Shown here: positions 16,869 through 19,334 of the stretch, piece by piece
How the letters are laid out: each line of letters starts with the position of its first letter
Numbering within the stretch: position 1 is the stretch's first letter
Source of the DNA: Bacteriovoracaceae bacterium
Lineage (GTDB): Bacteria > Bdellovibrionota > Bacteriovoracia > Bacteriovoracales > Bacteriovoracaceae
DNA length: 19,334 nucleotides
Direction: 5' to 3'
NCBI GenBank assembly: GCA_049599895.1
Contig: JBMYPC010000055.1
Location: forward strand, 1-19,334
Made by a program: the position numbers and the translations under genes
The notes under the pieces: generated by a model
What the model saw: the letters and a program-made list of their open reading frames with translations, nothing else
Database searches by the model: none
What the model was told of the DNA's origin: nothing

Positions 16869-17720
16869 GTGGAGAGAAGCTCCGCCTTACAAGCGGGACT
16901 TCTCGATTTACACTTAAGCTATTCTTTATTTAACGAAGAAAATTCGAGGAAAAGATTTTCCTCGCGATCAAATAAAGAAGTAATTTTTGAGAAGCCATTT
17001 GATGAAAATAAAGTTTTTGAAAATCAAGAGTACCTATATTTTAAACCAACAAGTTTTGCAAATCAGGAACCTGAACAGAAGGTGTTTCTTGAAAGGGTGA
17101 AGCTGTCTGATAAGAATGTCATTCTGGATCTTACAGATAATGGTGGTGGAGACAATTGGTTTGCCCATGAGCTAGTCAAAGCGACTTATCTTAAGACTGA
17201 TCAAGTTCCCCAATCAACCAAGATTCAATTGACTTCTGGACTTATGATGATTGGGCTTTGCTTTACGTTACTTGAACATGGATACGATTCAGCTCCCAGT
17301 TATTGTAGTGAGGTGAAAGATTATGTGTCTGATAAAGGGTTTGATGACCTTCTTCTTAGTAGCAAGTCTCAGAAAAAAAGTACTTATAAAGGGGAAAGAA
17401 CATCTGCATATTCCTCAAGAATAATTATTCTCATCGATTCATCTTGTGCTTCAAGTTGTGAAACGGTGGTTGAAAAAATGACGACTCATAAAAATGTTTT
17501 AGTTGTAGGTGAGAATACCGCAGGAGCACTTCATTTTAGTAATGCAATGACCTTAATGCTACCGAACTCTGGAATTATTGCAAAAATACCGACTCTTTAT
17601 CATGAATATGAGTTCGATGGAGAAGAGGGAAAAGGCTACAGTCCTGAATATCAGATTGAAGGACTTGTTAAAGAGAGTCAGATCCTTGAAATGTTTTCTA
17701 ATTCTCAGTTGTTTCAATAA
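16869..17720 (+). pseudogene. S41-family peptidase, apparently N-terminally truncated
   Basis: ILDLTDNGGG, CASSCE (catalytic Ser), VVGENTAG, LPNSG, EGKGYSPE; no signal peptide or RBS; in-frame TAA at 16839. Confidence 0.6.
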
Positions 17721-18480
17721 ATTTTTTTCTCAGCCATAAACCTGCAATCACCATATAAAGACAATAAACCTGTCCCAAGGTGAAAACTTCCATAACAAAA
17801 CCAATGTGAGGATCCGGCTCCCGAAAGAACTCAAGAATGATTCGGATCACCCCATAGCCCATTAAAAAGTGAGAGCATTGCTGAGTGACTTTCTTAAAAT
17901 CTCGTGAAAACCAGAGGATGAGCCCAAGGACAAGGCCTTCCCCTATGGCTTCATAAATTTGTGAAGGATGTCTTGAAAATTGATCCACATGAGAGAAGAT
18001 CACTCCCCATGGGGCTTCTGTTTTTCTTCCAATTAATTCGCCATTAAGAAAGTTTGATACTCTTCCCAAGATTAAAAACCATGGAACGATGGTGACAACG
18101 ATATCGAGAAACCTCCAGGCCTTAAGGGTTTCTTTTCGAAAAGACAAAAGAGTAAGAACGGTGGATCCGATAATCGCACCATGAAAACTCATGCCGCCTT
18201 TATAGATTTGAAAGAGCTCATAAGGATTTTCAAAATAATATTCAGGGTTATAAAAAAGGGCGTAACCGAGTCGTCCACCGATAATGTAACCAAAAGCTAT
18301 GAGAAGAGAGCCTTTGATGATTGTGGAGCGATCAAGCCCAAGGCCTTCTTTTGCATTAATTTTTGAAATTAAAAAGGGGCTTAGGATTGCACCCAGAAAA
18401 TAGACGAGCCAATACCACGTGAGTTGAAAACCTGCGATTCTTAAAAGAACAGGATCAAGGTTGATAAGGGAATTTTGCAT
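17698..18480 (-). CDS. lgt: Prolipoprotein diacylglyceryl transferase
   Basis: GGRLGYALFY, GGMSFHG, LGRVSNFLNGELIGR, RHPSQIYEA, RIILEFFREPD. Confidence 0.95.
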   Translation of the reverse strand: MQNSLINLDPVLLRIAGFQLTWYWLVYFLGAILSPFLISKINAKEGLGLDRSTIIKGSLLIAFGYIIGGRLGYALFYNPEYYFENPYELFQIYKGGMSFHGAIIGSTVLTLLSFRKETLKAWRFLDIVVTIVPWFLILGRVSNFLNGELIGRKTEAPWGVIFSHVDQFSRHPSQIYEAIGEGLVLGLILWFSRDFKKVTQQCSHFLMGYGVIRIILEFFREPDPHIGFVMEVFTLGQVYCLYMVIAGLWLRKKFIETTEN

Positions 18481-18488
18481 TGAAAAGA

Positions 18489-18926
18489 CTAAGCTTCTTC
18501 AGTTTGCTTTGGTTCGAGACTGAGATTGTTGTCTGAGTTTACTTTTTGAATAGTGTCCTCAGAAACATAGAGTTCTGATTTTAATGTCTCGTTACCCCAA
18601 GCGATAAAAGAGTCGTCGTGCTCGTACATTGTAATGGTTTCCCAAGGACAATCTTGTGAGCAGTTTTGGCAACCAATACATCTGGCGATATCGATTTCAA
18701 CCATTTGGCGAAAAGCCGGATTTGAGGCATCTGGACCTGGAACCAGTTCAATGGAATCTACTGGACACCCTGCAATACAGACTTCACATCCTGTACAGCC
18801 ACTTTGGTGCACGACAGCGATAAGCTTTGGTGGCTTTTTCCCTTTCCTTTTAGGCTTTAACCTAGCGGGATGATAAGGGTTTTCCACTACAACTGATTGC
18901 TCTTCTGTTTGATCAAGATCTTCCAT
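18489..18926 (-). CDS. 4Fe-4S dicluster ferredoxin-like protein
   Basis: CTGCEVCIAGCP and CIGCQNCSQDCP; TAGGA RBS; 8-nt gap to lgt. Confidence 0.9.
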   Translation of the reverse strand: MEDLDQTEEQSVVVENPYHPARLKPKRKGKKPPKLIAVVHQSGCTGCEVCIAGCPVDSIELVPGPDASNPAFRQMVEIDIARCIGCQNCSQDCPWETITMYEHDDSFIAWGNETLKSELYVSEDTIQKVNSDNNLSLEPKQTEEA

Positions 18927-18958
18927 TTCTGGGTCCTACTAATTTAAATACTGCTCCA

Positions 18959-18979
18959 ATAATAGCACAGTCTTTGCCG
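18959..18979 (-). promoter_or_regulatory. Candidate promoter for ferredoxin-lgt (sigma54-like -24/-12 overlapping an extended -10)
   Basis: Minus strand CGGCAAAGACTGTGCT = GG-N10-GC; the same stretch reads TGcTATTAT. Confidence 0.4.
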
Positions 18980-19022
18980 AGACAGAAGCCTGTCTCTTTG
19001 GAGTTTTTGCGTCGTCTAGGTT

Positions 19023-19202
19023 TAGAACTCATCTCACAATTCCTCAAGGCTGCGGTCGGCTGCAATGCATGCCTGACTGCGTCTTCGGATAAAAACGTTC
19101 TCAACGTGCTAATCAGCACGTCTGCGAGCATTTTTAACCTCATCCTTGCATGCAAGCATTTCGCACAACCTCGCTTCTTGAGGAATTGTGAGATGAGTTC
19201 TA
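19023..19202. mobile_element. Miniature inverted-repeat transposable element (MITE), 180 bp
   Basis: Perfect 26-bp inverted ends TAGAACTCATCTCACAATTCCTCAAG (19023-19048) and CTTGAGGAATTGTGAGATGAGTTCTA (19177-19202), TA at both ends, internal hairpin ACGTGCT-AATC-AGCACGT, no transposase. Confidence 0.85.
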
Positions 19203-19303
19203 CTATTAAGGCGTTTGAAATAGTCTGTAAATGATACTGCCTGTCATTTACCAGGGGTTGGTGGCCCCTGAGATACGCCCAATGTGATTTTTGAGGAGGG
19301 GAA

Positions 19304-19334
19304 TTGGCAAATCCGTTACGCTTTATTACCGCGG
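19304..19334 (+). CDS. First codons of a gene running off the window; probably fused isobutyryl-CoA mutase (IcmF)/methylmalonyl-CoA mutase family
   Basis: GAGGAGG RBS then TTG; MANPLRFITA resembles the IcmF N-terminal R(F/I)VTAASLFDGHD motif; only 10 codons visible. Confidence 0.5.
   Translation, partial: MANPLRFITA

Noticed and set aside
18913..19234. ORFs 18913-19155 (-) and 18974-19234 (+)
   Set aside because: By-products of the MITE; both contain LRNCEMSS from the inverted repeat and have no transposase motifs
19203..19303. Cobalamin riboswitch before the probable icmF
   Set aside because: No recognisable B12-box or conserved core motifs; kept only as an unclassified structure
1..19334. 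CRISPR array, tRNA/rRNA, prophage or anti-phage defence genes
   Set aside because: No spaced direct repeats, cloverleaf, rRNA-like sequence, integrase, transposase or defence domains were recognisable by eye

Overview
AT-rich bacterial chromosome segment. The gene content (CHASE2 kinase with a sigma54 activator, a PilZ-like protein, many lipoproteins, FliA-like promoters, amgK-murU) suggests a predatory Bdellovibrionota (Bacteriovorax/Halobacteriovorax-like) genome; this is inference, not a database result. From left to right on the minus strand: etfA (cut by the window edge), etfB, an acyl-CoA dehydrogenase, folK, an unannotated 47-aa LptM/YifL-like lipoprotein and a beta-barrel outer-membrane protein. 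Next come a two-LysM lipoprotein with its terminator, an apparently catalytically dead M48-type lipoprotein coupled to amgK-murU (peptidoglycan salvage), a ferredoxin, a membrane/PilZ-like protein with a lipoprotein, and a small FliA-type gene. An endonuclease IV-like protein lacks the catalytic Glu. An operon follows with an HtpX-like pseudoprotease, a CHASE2 histidine kinase, an NtrC-type regulator and lspA. An accessory patch holds two head-to-head, apparently 5'-truncated genes, one an S41 peptidase. The window ends with lgt and a ferredoxin, a 180-bp MITE with perfect 26-bp inverted ends, and the first 10 codons of a probable icmF. No rRNA, tRNA, CRISPR array or transposase was seen. The most notable theme is several apparently inactivated enzyme folds placed in envelope and signalling operons.
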